Shown piece by piece: positions 10,351 to 23,333 of a stretch of DNA of 38,358 nt. This DNA is from Octopus bimaculoides (taxonomy: Eukaryota). Position 1 is the first letter of the stretch. Every line of letters begins with the position of its first letter. The notes under the pieces were generated by a model. That model saw only the letters and a list, made by a program, of their open reading frames with translations, was not told where the DNA came from and ran no database searches. The DNA is taken from positions 169,211,410-169,249,767 of the forward strand of contig NC_068981.1 of assembly GCF_001194135.2 (NCBI RefSeq), in the 5' to 3' direction. The position numbers were made by a program, and so were the translations under genes.

Positions 10351-11315
10351 ATTTATGTTTACCACAAGTATGAGTGCGGAGTGTGGGTATCTTATGCCTA
10401 TATGTACGTATCTGCTATGTGCACCTTTGTGTCTACTGTATGGCTGGGCGTTTAGGATACACGTATGTGTGTGCTTGGGTATGGATGTTTGGTGAATGTT
10501 ACTATCTATATTCCAGTATTAGTGTTAGGAGGAGAAAGAGAAGAAAAGCATACATGCATACATGTGTATGTGTGTATATGCACACACTCACGTGCACGAA
10601 GACGATTGCATGAGGTTACATGGAATGCCTGACTCTGGAAGGTGAGCCTATGGTCTGCGAAGGCATCGGCACTTCGGTTCCATGCCCTCCCTTGGTTGTG
10701 AGGCAGTCAATGTTGAGGTGCAGCCAATGTTAATGTGATATATTTAGCTTTTTGGTGGACAGTGGTTTGACGTTCATTAGATAGGTATACGTCTGATGGC
10801 AGCTATAAGGTAGTTCGTATTTCCTGGTGAATACTGCAGGTTGGTGGAGAATATGCAATCTTTCGTAGAGGCAGAGCTGGCAATTACAGGTGAGTAAGGT
10901 GGGATCCTGTTGATGACGGTCTTTTCGATGCTGGGTGAGTAATTCCAGAGGTAGAGAAATCTCCAGAGAAAACTGGTCTCTAAGGGAATGTATATACTGT
11001 GAGTAACTTACATATATTACAGGTAATATATACTTTATCCTCACCTTTCAATTCGCTATTTGGCTTTTGTAGTTAAGTTTGCCTGTTTAAGGCTGCATTA
11101 CATAGTCCACGTTAACTTGAGATCAACCGCTGACAGGTTTCTCTCCCTGTAGGACACTGCGACAGTGGAAAATAGTTAAATAATAGAGTTCGAAATCGTC
11201 TGAGTCCTGGAAGGTATATAAACTAATCGACACATGGTTAACAATCGAAATAATATTGTCAGTGAGATATATGTGTTCATATATTGTCTGACAACTTCAT
11301 ATATATTTAGCTTGA

Positions 11316-11345
11316 TGTATGTATGTATGTATGTATGTATGTATG

Positions 11346-11375
<30 letters not shown>
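11316..11375. repeat. (TATG)n microsatellite
   Basis: Directly visible. Confidence 0.95.
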
Positions 11376-11376
<1 letters not shown>

Positions 11377-12026
11377 TGTACGTATGTGTGTATTTATGTA
11401 TTTATACTTATATGTATGTAAAAGAGGTAATTTGAAACTGAAGAGTACTAAATATACAGCTTGCTAGCTAGTCAGTATTTCGATCGACTGCTGTACTATA
11501 AAATAGTCACTCATTTTTATTTCATAGCAATATAAATATTATAGATGAGGGAAAAATATGAGATTATACGTAGGAAATAATCTCCAATTATTTTAAGTGA
11601 GATTTCCCCGAGGAGAAAACAATACCAAATCACATTGATTAGACAGGACATTACTGAGGAAAATATGTGAGCAAATTACAGAAGAAACAATAAAAAGACG
11701 GCTACTGTTAATAAAGACAATATTTAACTTCTCGACAGCTGTTTGAAAAGACTTCGATCATTAAATTCCGTCTTATGTATTACAATAAGTGACGTGGCCT
11801 GATAGAAAATATATGGAATTGCTTGGCATTTCGTTGTAATTTTACAGTAGGAACACTTTATCCTACAAAGCTTCAGTTCTTTCAGATATCAAGGGAATAA
11901 AATAGATATCATATAACTCTGATTCAACATCAGATCAGAGTTCACAGTCGGTTGACATAGCTATCACACTGATTAGCATCAGACCACTGTCCACAAACCA
12001 GTTCAGCAAGCACTCAAGGGAATATG

Positions 12027-12118
<92 letters not shown>

Positions 12119-12120
12119 TG
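12027..12120. repeat. (TA)n-(TG)n compound microsatellite
   Basis: Directly visible long, near-perfect TG tract. Confidence 0.95.
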
Positions 12121-13358
12121 TGTATGCGCGCGCGGGCGTGTTTATGTATACACGTACATATACATATATGTATGCGTGTATGTGTTTCTGTGTGTCTGTG
12201 AGTGCGTGCCAGACACAATCTGATTCATCAACACACCAAAGTTTACAATCATTTCACTTAGCTATCGCATTACAATAGATACCACTCCACTCTGGTTCAC
12301 TCTAAGTCCACAGTCTACAAAGCAGTTTACTTGGGTGTCAGGGGTTTTAGCTACCAAGCCATTCTGTCAGAGCATCCAGCGATTGTCTCTGAGTTGGATC
12401 TGATGCTGCAGCTAGATTCCGGTGTTCACTGATGTGTGCATCAACCCATAGCTTGTCACACCCAGCAAACACAAATGGTCATAAGGTGGAAATTTCCCTT
12501 AGTCACGAGAGATTTACACAAATATATTGTGAGTATATAAATTTGGTGATTTCAAACGTAACTCGATAAAGGCTGAACTAGAGCTAAAAAACAATTAGTA
12601 TTGGCTTCTTATCGGTTTCATTTCTTAGTGAAAATAATTTCTTGTTATATTTAGACCACTAATGATAACATGACGTGATTTCTGATAGTAAGGATATCAC
12701 ATCAATTTGTATTTTTTGCTTAAAATATTGACATTTTATGTTCAATGAAAAAAAGAAAACCAATATTGGTTCAGGAAACATTATGACGCCGGACGAAATG
12801 GCCTTATACTATCCAATTTTGCGTTTTCTTTGGTTTCTTTTTTGCATTATGCCGAGTATAAGCCATACAGGATTCAAATTGGTCTTTTATTTCGAGGTTG
12901 GTAAATTAAAACTAATAGTTATCTAGTGGGTGACTCAGCGAAAGATACACATCATAGGTAAAAACAAAACAGAACACAAAAATGCATCATGTCTGATCAA
13001 ACAGTAATTATATTAGAGTTATCGACATCATCTTAGTCGGTAATGGAATGGGTACTAGTAAGGATAATTTTGTTTCTCACCAGACTAGTGTCAGTTGTCT
13101 TTTTAGAGTGTGGCACAAGACAACAATTAACTACATTTCTGCTGTCTGATATCACGATTAAGTTTAAACATTTTGAAATAACCACATAAACCCTAAATTA
13201 AAAGACCCCTTAAATTTAGAAGCCTGAAATAGGTGAGCATCCAATCTATTCGGAAATAAATGGAACAATAACATTTATGACTGATTTTTAACTGGAACTG
13301 TAATATCTGGCGAATAGTGTGTGTCTATATATGCGTATATAAAGTATGGTATGGTATG

Positions 13359-13359
<1 letters not shown>

Positions 13360-13399
<40 letters not shown>

Positions 13400-13792
13400 N
13401 NNNNNNNNNNNNNNNNNNNNNNNNNNNNNNNNNNNNNNNNNNNNNNNNNNNNNNNNNNNNNNNNNNNNNNNNNNNNNNNNNNNNNNNNNNNNNNNNNNNN
13501 NNNNNNNNNNNNNNNNNNNNNNNNNNNNNNNNNNNNNNNNNNNNNNNNNNNNNNNNNNNNNNNNNNNNNNNNNNNNNNNNNNNNNNNNNNNNNNNNNNNN
13601 NNNNNNNNNNNNNNNNNNNNNNNNNNNNNNNNNNNNNNNNNNNNNNNNNNNNNNNNNNNNNNNNNNNNNNNNNNNNNNNNNNNNNNNNNNNNNNNNNNNN
13701 NNNNNNNNNNNNNNNNNNNNNNNNNNNNNNNNNNNNNNNNNNNNNNNNNNNNNNNNNNNNNNNNNNNNNNNNNNNNNNNNNNNNNNNNNNNN

Positions 13793-13843
<51 letters not shown>

Positions 13844-13870
13844 GTGTGTATGTGTGTGTGTGTGTATGTG
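13360..13870. repeat. (TA)n array spanning assembly gap 13400-13792
   Basis: (TA)n on both gap edges. Confidence 0.9.
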
Positions 13871-14719
13871 AATACACGTGCGTATGTAAATGTGTACAAA
13901 TATTAATATATTATATATGTGGGGGACAGGTGTAATGAATGTTGTATACGATATATTATTAATTTTTTAAAAACACAAATTATCAACATAGGAAGCAAAC
14001 AAGAACCTAGCGGTGATTGTTAGCCTCCTTGAATACAGAAGGGGAGATAATTTTTATAAGCCACGAAGTCAATAAATTTGGTTATGGTTTCAGGACCAAG
14101 AAACAGTAATGGACACATATTTCCACATCAATAGACTTTACCGTCATTGCTTTGTACTTCACGGTACCGAACAAGATATGGTTACTGTTATAAACACAAA
14201 AAATTTAAAACAATTTTGGTCAAGGTTAATTTACGTAATGAAAGTGAAGAGAAGCTAGGAGAAATTATGCACACAGGAATACATCGAAAATAAAGATCTG
14301 AAAGAATACTTAATGATACGAAAATAAAATAGAGTGAAATGCGACAGTGATACTCAATGGTTTAGTCACTATTTTAGTCAGAAATTTGCGTAGCAGGGTC
14401 GACCAGCACAACTGTGTTGTGTATGCAATGAATCCAAAATTAAAGTAAAAGTATTTCAGAGATAAGGAACGCAAAATACGCCTAGTGTTGGTTGTAAGCT
14501 CGTCTGAATTTAAGTTTCAAGAAATTAAGAATAGTTCTTCATATATTGATATGATAAGGGAAATGGACAATTTCAACAAATGTACTGAGTGCTCTTCTTC
14601 ATTCAGGCATTCGTACCCAGTACACCCATTACAGACACAAACACATACAGACTACGTATGCATGTATAATTCTATTTTGGAACAGAAATCAAAATATCTC
14701 AATAAAGGACACACACACA

Positions 14720-14760
<41 letters not shown>

Positions 14761-15272
14761 GTAAAGACATGCGTGTGTGCATAATATACATGCATATATA
14801 TATATATACGTGTGTGTATAATATATATACATAGAAACACATACACACACATATATTTATATATATATATATATATATAGGTATTGACTATGCTGGCTAG
14901 TATGTGTACATGTAAATAAATATGTGTATATATAGCATAGAAAAAAAAATCATCGAGAAAAAAGATCTGAAAGAATGTTTAATGGTATGAAATGGAAATG
15001 GAGTGAAGAGAGGGGGTATTTGTCAAGGATGCTGTTAATATTTTAGCCAGGATAATGTAGAGATGATCTGCCGATGGTAAGTCAGACAGCAATAAGAAGA
15101 GTGCACTTGAAAACCTTGGAGCAGTTAAATAGGAATATACATAAAGATTAAGAGCAAAGATGATCACACAAGCTGTACACAGATCACTGCACGATACAGA
15201 GTGAAAGGATGAAAAAATTGAGTGTAAGATTGTGATTGAATGACATAAAAGTCAGTGAAAGACCCAGATAAA

Positions 15273-15313
<41 letters not shown>

Positions 15314-15318
15314 TGTGT

Positions 15319-15357
<39 letters not shown>

Positions 15358-15516
15358 TGTGAGAGAGAGATAGAGAAATATTACTAAGTGTTACGAAACA
15401 AAATGAGAGAATTCCAAAAAGTAGAAATAGGGATATATTCACACGCACGTAGAAGCGCGCATCTACTCACAAGTGCACACGCACATATGTACCATATACA
15501 TACATATATATATATA

Positions 15517-15700
15517 GGGAGAATTCTCAAAACACGAAGACAGTTGGTGTAGACAACAAACAGATGCATTAGTATAACGCTCAGGAAGTGAAAAAAAGTC
15601 TTTAACGTTTCAAGCCTACGCTCTTCCACAGAAAGGAACATAGAAAGAATCAAGGAGAGAAAATAAAGAATGCGTAGTGGCTAGCGATCTATCATGGGGA
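15517..15700 (-). mobile_element. Candidate Penelope-like element terminal (pseudo-LTR) fragment
   Basis: A non-repetitive block between microsatellites carries, on the minus strand, tggaagagcgtaggcttgaaacgtt. This resembles the TGAAGAG...CGAAAC(G) signature of Penelope pLTRs. The call rests on motif resemblance only. Confidence 0.4.
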
Positions 15701-16726
15701 ATATATATATATATATATATATANNNNNNNNNNNNNNNNNNNNNNNNNNNNNNNNNNNNNNNNNNNNNNNNNNNNNNNNNNNNNNNNNNNNNNNNNNNNN
15801 NNNNNNNNNNNNNNNNNNNNNNNNNNNNNNNNNNNNNNNNNNNNNNNNNNNNNNNNNNNNNNNNNNNNNNNNNNNNNNNNNNNNNNNNNNNNNNNNNNNN
15901 NNNNNNNNNNNNNNNNNNNNNNNNNNNNNNNNNNNNNNNNNNNNNNNNNNNNNNNNNNNNNNNNNNNNNNNNNNNNNNNNNNNNNNNNNNNNNNNNNNNN
16001 NNNNNNNNNNNNNNNNNNNNNNNNNNNNNNNNNNNNNNNNNNNNNNNNNNNNNNNNNNNNNNNNNNNNNNNNNNNNNNNNNNNNNNNNNNNNNNNNNNNN
16101 NNNNNNNNNNNNNNNNNNNNNNNNNNNNNNNNNNNNNNNNNNNNNNNNNNNNNNNNNNNNNNNNNNNNNNNNNNNNNNNNNNNNNNNNNNNNNNNNNNNN
16201 NNNNNNNNNNNNNNNNNNNNNNNNNNNNNNNNNNNNNNNNNNNNNNNNNNNNNNNNNNNNNNNNNNNNNNNNNNNNNNNNNNNNNNNNNNNNNNNNNNNN
16301 NNNNNNNNNNNNNNNNNNNNNNNNNNNNNNNNNNNNNNNNNNNNNNNNNNNNNNNNNNNNNNNNNNNNNNNNNNNNNNNNNNNNNNNNNNNNNNNNNNNN
16401 NNNNNNNNNNNNNNNNNNNNNNNNNNNNNNNNNNNNNNNNNNNNNNNNNNNNNNNNNNNNNNNNNNNNNNNNNNNNNNNNNNNNNNNNNNNNNNNNNNNN
16501 NNNNNNNNNNNNNNNNNNNNNNNNNNNNNNNNNNNNNNNNNNNNNNNNNNNNNNNNNNNNNNNNNNNNNNNNNNNNNNNNNNNNNNNNNNNNNNNNNNNN
16601 NNNNNNNNNNNNNNNNNNNNNNNNNNNNNNNNNNNNNNNNNNNNNNNNNNNNNNNNNNNNNNNNNNNNNNNNNNNNNNNNNNNNNNNNNNNNNNNNNNNN
16701 NNNNNGTGTGTGTGTGCGTGCGTTAA

Positions 16727-17017
16727 GGCGTATGGCTCAGTGGCTAAAGTATCGGTCTGACAGTTGTGGTGTTGTGAGTTCGATTCCCAGACCGAACTGT
16801 GTTGTATTGTTTAAAAAGATACTTTATTTCACATTGCTCCAGTTCATTCAGAAGTGGAAATAAGTTACAACGTCACAGGTACCAAGCTGTATCACCCTTT
16901 GGAGCACATGTTATGCATGGGAAACTGCTGGTCTTCCATTAACAGACTTGCCCGCTTTGTGCCTCGGAGGGGAACTTTTTAAGTACAATTCCGTGGTCAT
17001 TCGTGACCACAGGGGAT
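16727..17017 (+). mobile_element. tRNA-derived SINE family C
   Basis: Good A-box TGGCTCAGTGG (16733-16743) and B-box GTTCGATTCC (16778-16787) are followed by a non-tRNA body (tttatttcacattgctccagttcattcag...). It is homologous to the inverted fragment at 26285-26410. Confidence 0.8.
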
Positions 17018-17515
17018 CATTTCATACATATAGTATGATGATATGATTATAATCCAAGCTGTATGCACTTGGAGCATATTTGCATATTCCAGTTCTCCCA
17101 GATATCATATTTTATATGAGAGTTCAAAATACTGGAGAGTACTGTTAAATGCTGGAAAATATTTATTGTACAGTAATCAAATATTAAAACAGAAAATCGA
17201 AATATATTTTTGGAATTTTGCTATTCCGTATTGCATATCTAATTACTAAAATGAGTTGCATAACTTTGCCTGTAGAAAAACCTGTAACATATCTACTAGT
17301 AGTTCATCAGATCGAGAATTGAAATAACACACGCACACACATACAGACACACATACATACACACATACACACACATTATATATGTATGTATGGATGTATG
17401 TATATATGTATGTATATGACAAGTCATAAATAATGGTCATTGCTTATTTCAAAAAAGAAAAAATTCATCTTGCAGTAAATTTGACTTACAGCTGAAAGTC
17501 AAAACCTCATTATCT

Positions 17516-17617
<102 letters not shown>

Positions 17618-18772
17618 NNNNNNNNNNNNNNNNNNNNNNNNNNNNNNNNNNNNNNNNNNNNNNNNNNNNNNNNNNNNNNNNNNNNNNNNNNNNNNNNNNN
17701 NNNNNNNNNNNNNNNNNNNNNNNNNNNNNNNNNNNNNNNNNNNNNNNNNNNNNNNNNNNNNNNNNNNNNNNNNNNNNNNNNNNNNNNNNNNNNNNNNNNN
17801 NNNNNNNNNNNNNNNNNNNNNNNNNNNNNNNNNNNNNNNNNNNNNNNNNNNNNNNNNNNNNNNNNNNNNNNNNNNNNNNNNNNNNNNNNNNNNNNNNNNN
17901 NNNNNNNNNNNNNNNNNNNNNNNNNNNNNNNNNNNNNNNNNNNNNNNNNNNNNNNNNNNNNNNNNNNNNNNNNNNNNNNNNNNNNNNNNNNNNNNNNNNN
18001 NNNNNNNNNNNNNNNNNNNNNNNNNNNNNNNNNNNNNNNNNNNNNNNNNNNNNNNNNNNNNNNNNNNNNNNNNNNNNNNNNNNNNNNNNNNNNNNNNNNN
18101 NNNNNNNNNNNNNNNNNNNNNNNNNNNNNNNNNNNNNNNNNNNNNNNNNNNNNNNNNNNNNNNNNNNNNNNNNNNNNNNNNNNNNNNNNNNNNNNNNNNN
18201 NNNNNNNNNNNNNNNNNNNNNNNNNNNNNNNNNNNNNNNNNNNNNNNNNNNNNNNNNNNNNNNNNNNNNNNNNNNNNNNNNNNNNNNNNNNNNNNNNNNT
18301 TTGCAATTAAAAAAAAAAAATATGCGTCCGTTATTGCTGAACCTGTAGGAAGATCACAGATGCTTGCGCCTAAGACAGAAAAAAGTCTGACATTCTGTAG
18401 TATTCTCGTTCATATTGGTATACGACTATTGAACTTGGGTGGAAGAAGGCGCGTTCCTCCGGTCACATTTGCGGCTGTCAATTATTTCTGATAGATCAGG
18501 CTTAATTCCCAGTGAGAGGAAATTAAATCATGCATCAGATGTTTGATCACCAGATGACACACCGACACGTACAGACAAACACACAGATGCACGCGCATAA
18601 TCAGATACACACACACACACTCACACATACACACACACACATACACACACACACATTTACACACACACACGCGCAAAAACATATAGGTTGTTTATTATAC
18701 AAATATGTTGTGCACAGTAGGCAGTGTATTATAATTTTTTATCTTCTTATCATTTAAAAAAAAAACATTATT

Positions 18773-18931
18773 ACCTGATTTGAATGTTTATATGTAAACT
18801 ATTTTTTTGACTCATCGCAGAGGATACATAAAGACTCAAGCTCTTTCTTATTATTGTCAAAGACTACCACTTGATTTGAATACATTTAGGTAAACTAATT
18901 TTTGACACCACAGGGGATACACAAAGCCTCA
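18773..18931 (+). repeat. Diverged ~65-bp direct duplication, period 96 bp
   Basis: acctgatttgaat...gtaaactatttttttgac...ggatacataaagactca (18773-18838) versus acttgatttgaat...gtaaactaatttttgac...ggatacacaaagcctca (18869-18931). Confidence 0.75.
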
Positions 18932-19226
18932 TATTTAAAAAAGATTTTCAAAAGTAAAGTAAGTGAAACCGGTTAAGTTAATAGAGACTTTTAAAAAACT
19001 CCTGCATTTTCAGATTCTTTTCCTTATATATATATATACGTGTAGACATTATGTTCTATTTATTCTGTTTCCACTACCAAATTTCCCTATATCCCTGTCT
19101 GTCTGTCTGCCTGCCTACCTGTCCGTCTCGCTGTTTATCTATCTGTATGTATGTAGGATGTAACTATATACAGATATATGCATGTATGTGTGTGTGTGTG
19201 CGTGCCTGCATATTTGATTTTATGTA

Positions 19227-19258
<32 letters not shown>

Positions 19259-20066
19259 TGTGTATACACATCGAAAACAAAAAATGGTGACCGCAGCTAA
19301 AATGTTTTAAGAATTACATAACAAAACCAAGTAAATAGAAAGGAAAATATATGAAAGATATCGAAAATATGTAAAGAAGTAGAGACAATTTGGGAATCTA
19401 TGTAGGTGTGTAGCAGGGGTCTTGGTGTCGGTGGGAGTTGTGTGGCATTGGTCTTGATATCAGCGATATTGGTATCAATGGTGGTTATAGTGGTGTTGGT
19501 GGAAGTGGGGGTACCATTGGTAGTGTTGATTATTGTTAGAATTGGAAGAGAAAGAAAGATAGGAAGAGTTGCAAGAAGAAAAACGTAAGAGACTTATAAA
19601 TAAAGAATTGAGACAATAGTAAAATAAAACAAAATAAAAGCAATTCGGAAAATGTTCGAAGAAAATATAGAGAAAGAGACAGATACACAGAAAATCGTTA
19701 TAGACAGATGCCTTGGTAGAAATGGAACATGAAAAGTATATATANNNNNNNNNNNNNNNNNNNNNNNNNNNNNNNNNNNNNNNNNNNNNNNNNNNNNNNN
19801 NNNNNNNNNNNNNNNNNNNNNNNNNNNNNNNNNNNNNNNNNNNNNNNNNNNNNNNNNNNNNNNNNNNNNNNNNNNNNNNNNNNNNNNNNNNNNNNNNNNN
19901 NNNNNNNNNNNNNNNNNNNNNNNNNNNNNNNNNNNNNNNNNNNNNNNNNNNNNNNNNNNNNNNNNNNNNNNNNNNNNNNNNNNNNNNNNNNNNNNNNNNN
20001 NNNNNNNNNNNNNNNNNNNNNNNNNNNNNNNNNNNNNNNNNNTATATATATATCTATATATATATA

Positions 20067-20134
<68 letters not shown>

Positions 20135-21156
20135 ATATATGTGTGTGCGTGTGTGTGTGTATGTCTATAGACAAGTAAGATAGACAAATCTATAGAAAAA
20201 ATGGGGAAAAAAAAGGCAAGTTCGAAAAGAATATAGACATATTGAGGATAAAACAATAGTGAAACAGATAGACATACCAACATGGTGAAATATGTTTTTA
20301 GAAAGGGGAAAGTGATGAGTGAGTAAGAATATTGTGAAAAAGATATGGTATTTGACGGTGATGATGATTGAGTTAATGCTGATGGAGGTGGTGGTGCTTG
20401 TGCTGTGTTGAAATTTCGTTAGAAAGTCAAAGACAGAAAATGAATTAAAGAAAAGGAAAGAAAAAACAGGGAAGGAATATGGATGCATTCGACTTTATAC
20501 CATATCTAAAGAAACGTGAAATCGGTGATCTTCAAAAGAAGCAACAAGAATTCTAAAATAAAAAGAAATAGATAGGAAGAAAGAAAACCAGCAATACTAA
20601 ATATACATAGATATGTGTGTGTGTATAAAATAGTAAAATAAGAAAAGAAGCTTCAAAATGCTTTCATTTTCACAGAACAATTGAAAATTACAGAACTCTG
20701 GCGTCGACTGTGTCGTTTTGCTAGCCAAAATGTCGGCATTTTTTTAGCGTTACTCATGGTGCACTCCGTTTTTAAGACGAGAAAAGAAAAAAAAATTAAA
20801 AAGTCGGATCAATGGGAATATTCAGTTTAGCTCTGGGAACTTTAACCAGCTAGCTTCGTTATTTACTTTGTGAATCACAAGGAACTACAATAACGTTATA
20901 GTTCCTAGTGAACGTAATCTCCGACCTCAGGAGATATAAGAGAATGCTAAAATGCCAACTCTACCTGCGTACAACATTCATCTTTCTCAGCTACATTCAG
21001 TCGTGTGAGTAACTAACATTGCCTATTTCTCAAAAGAATCTGCAGTTAAACTATCAACTTTTATTTAGCAAACATCTGATCAAGGACTTCCAATCGTGAC
21101 AAAGGAGTATATTTTCAGATATAGGTTATCTACAATAAGCTTGAATTACTCTATTG

Positions 21157-21236
21157 AAAGTGACGGCCCTGTATGCTTTCAGATATATGCGACTGCTATT
21201 TCTTGCATGTCGTGGGACCACATAGAAGCTCTCCCT
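21157..21236 (+). repeat. Short interspersed repeat family E, copy 1 (others at 21886-21950 -, 22448-22500 -, 27435-27510 +)
   Basis: Shared core gctgctatttct / gccgctatttctagc and upstream aagtgac(a/g)gc among four diverged copies in both orientations. Confidence 0.55.
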
Positions 21237-21434
21237 ATTGGCTCGTTGAATTGTATTTTCAGAGTCGATTGGATCTAATCGAAAGTTGATAAAGTGCCTT
21301 GACCACGACCGAGATCAGGCGTTGATGACATGATTAAGATAGCAACATTTTGCACTGCCTTGTTTGCTATACTGAGCTACTGGCAAGCAAGCACACACAT
21401 ACGCACTCACACACACACTCACACACGCACATAT

Positions 21435-21466
<32 letters not shown>

Positions 21467-21504
21467 TACATACATATACATATTATATGAGTGTGTGTGT
21501 ATAC

Positions 21505-21723
21505 GGCCACATCTCGAGGATTGAATCACCCCAGAGGGCACTCACTAAAAGTATTGAAGGCATGACTGATCTTGATTACTGGGACCGTCTTAAAGCCTTG
21601 AAGCTCTACTCTCACCAGTGCCGCCACGAGCGGTACAGCATCTGTACGATGTGGAAAATATACCGCCAGCATTGCCCAAACGACCTGAACATTAGTTTCA
21701 AGGTTCATCTAAGGCTCGGCCAT
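21505..21723 (+). pseudogene. CR1-group LINE ORF2 fragment (region C-terminal to the RT core)
   Basis: GHISRIESPQRALTKSIEGMTDLDYWDRLKALKLYSHQCRHERYSICTMWKIYRQHCPND matches the conserved CR1/L2-group motif ExxQRxxTxxIxGxxxLxYxERLxxLxLYSLxxRRERY....WKI. Confidence 0.85.
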
Positions 21724-22074
21724 ACGTTCCCTGTCCAATTCATTTACAACAATAGAAATATGAGGAAGGTACATTTGCTATTTCCAACATTACGAGTGAC
21801 GACGTACGGGCTTCCATCAACTATCGATGTCAATACATAATGATAACTCTACGAATTCTACAAATCACTACCACAATCAGCGAACCAGGAGCCTCTTTAT
21901 AGTCGCAAGATCAGCTAGAAATAGCGGCCAAATATCCTTCAAATTACAGAATACTGTACAAAATAATGAAATGACAAACATTGAATAACAAAATCCTACA
22001 AACACTTCAACTAGAACAAAATATATAAATGAATAAAAATAGAAAAAAATAATAATTATAATTTGCTGTCTAAA

Positions 22075-22160
22075 ACTACAGTAGAAAACACTTGCCCAAG
22101 ATGACGCGCGTTGGGACTGAATCCGAAACCATACGGCTACAAAATGAGCTGCTTAACGAC
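22075..22160 (-). mobile_element. SINE family A head fragment
   Basis: gtagaaaacacttgcccaag...gggactgaatcc..aaccat is homologous to gtagaagacacttgcccatg...gggactgaacccggaaccat (32569-32620). Confidence 0.7.
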
Positions 22161-22293
22161 ATTGCAATAGCTGCTTAACGATATTGCAATAGCTGCTTAT
22201 ACCGTTAAAACTTTCTTCAAAATGCTATAAGCATATTTGAGAATGTATTAGTCCTAGATACAGTATGTCTTAGTCCTAGATATAGTATATGTC
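22147..22293 (+). repeat. Two separate 22-bp tandem duplications
   Basis: agctgcttaacga(c/t)attgcaat x2.4 (22147-22199) and ttagtcctagata(c/t)agtat(at)gtc x2 (22248-22293). Confidence 0.85.
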
Positions 22294-23269
22294 AGAAAAC
22301 AAGGTTTGACTGGATGGATAAGACTGGATTGTCGCTGGCCATAAGATCTGCTGAGCAACGGCTCACCAGCGGCTTCGCAAATGTTAGAAACCGCCACACC
22401 ACTAGCCGTACGAAGAACAACAAGTCAACGAAGACGCCTCTATTTAGTCTCCCGACCTGCTAGAAACAGTACACTAATCGCCCTAAAAATACAGCCTTCA
22501 CAATCTACATTCTTAGGGAAGACTAGAAACACTGAATAAATTTGGTTCCCGACCTACTTTTAAAAAAAGTGGTATAATCATCGTTTTAATACCACAGGTC
22601 TGCTTAAAAAGGGATGACCTGGGGTTACATAACAAACGACAAAAACAGCACGAAGAAAAGAAACGACGATAAAATAGATAACCTCAGCTTTATATTTCCA
22701 AAACCATCTCACCACCATTGTGACGATTCTATAAAGTGTAACACTCAACACGTCTAAAATGAATAATTTAGGAAGAGTTGTACATTCATGGATTTAGTCA
22801 ATGAAACTCAAATACAAACATACATGTATTCAAACATATATACAAACATATATACAAACGTGCATACCTACCTACCTACCTACAAACATACATAGACGTA
22901 GCTATTCACACGTTCATAAATATTTGCACACGCATACACAATCTCATACATATGCGGGTGTATGCACGCACGCACACGCGTGCACACACACACGTGCACA
23001 CACACACGCACATACACCCACCTTAAAACAGAGAAAGGGAAAGATAAATAGAGATTGTGCAACAGAAAGAGAGAGCAGCAAAGAAAGAGCCATAGGGGAG
23101 AGAAAGCAAGCAAACAAGAAAGAAAGAAAGAAAGAGACTATACGAGAGAGCGAAAAGAGAGTGAAACTGGAAGAAAGGAGAGAAAGAGAGAGTGAGCAGG
23201 CTATAATTTTAGACGATATTCGAAAATGAGTAGGCTTTATACTTAAGTGTCTTTTTATATGTGCATATG

Positions 23270-23298
23270 TATAAATGTTTGAATATAAATACATACAC

Positions 23299-23333
<35 letters not shown>

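Noticed and set aside
12270-12500. GC-balanced block with ~50-codon open frames on both strands
   Set aside because: No recognisable motif and no good splice pair.
14093-14162. Possible 70-bp exon DQETVMDTYFHINRLYRHCFVLH
   Set aside because: The donor (gtaccg) is poor and the acceptor only moderate.
16727-16800. tRNA gene
   Set aside because: A and B boxes are present but there is no cloverleaf acceptor stem or oligo-T terminator; it is a SINE head. The same applies to the other SINE heads.
19400-19590. Hydrophobic V/G-rich ORF 19406-19588 resembling a TM segment
   Set aside because: Degenerate (GGT/TGG)n repeat followed by an A/G-rich tract.
21265-21282. 18-bp near-palindrome tcgattggatctaatcga
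   Set aside because: Expected by chance in a window of this size.
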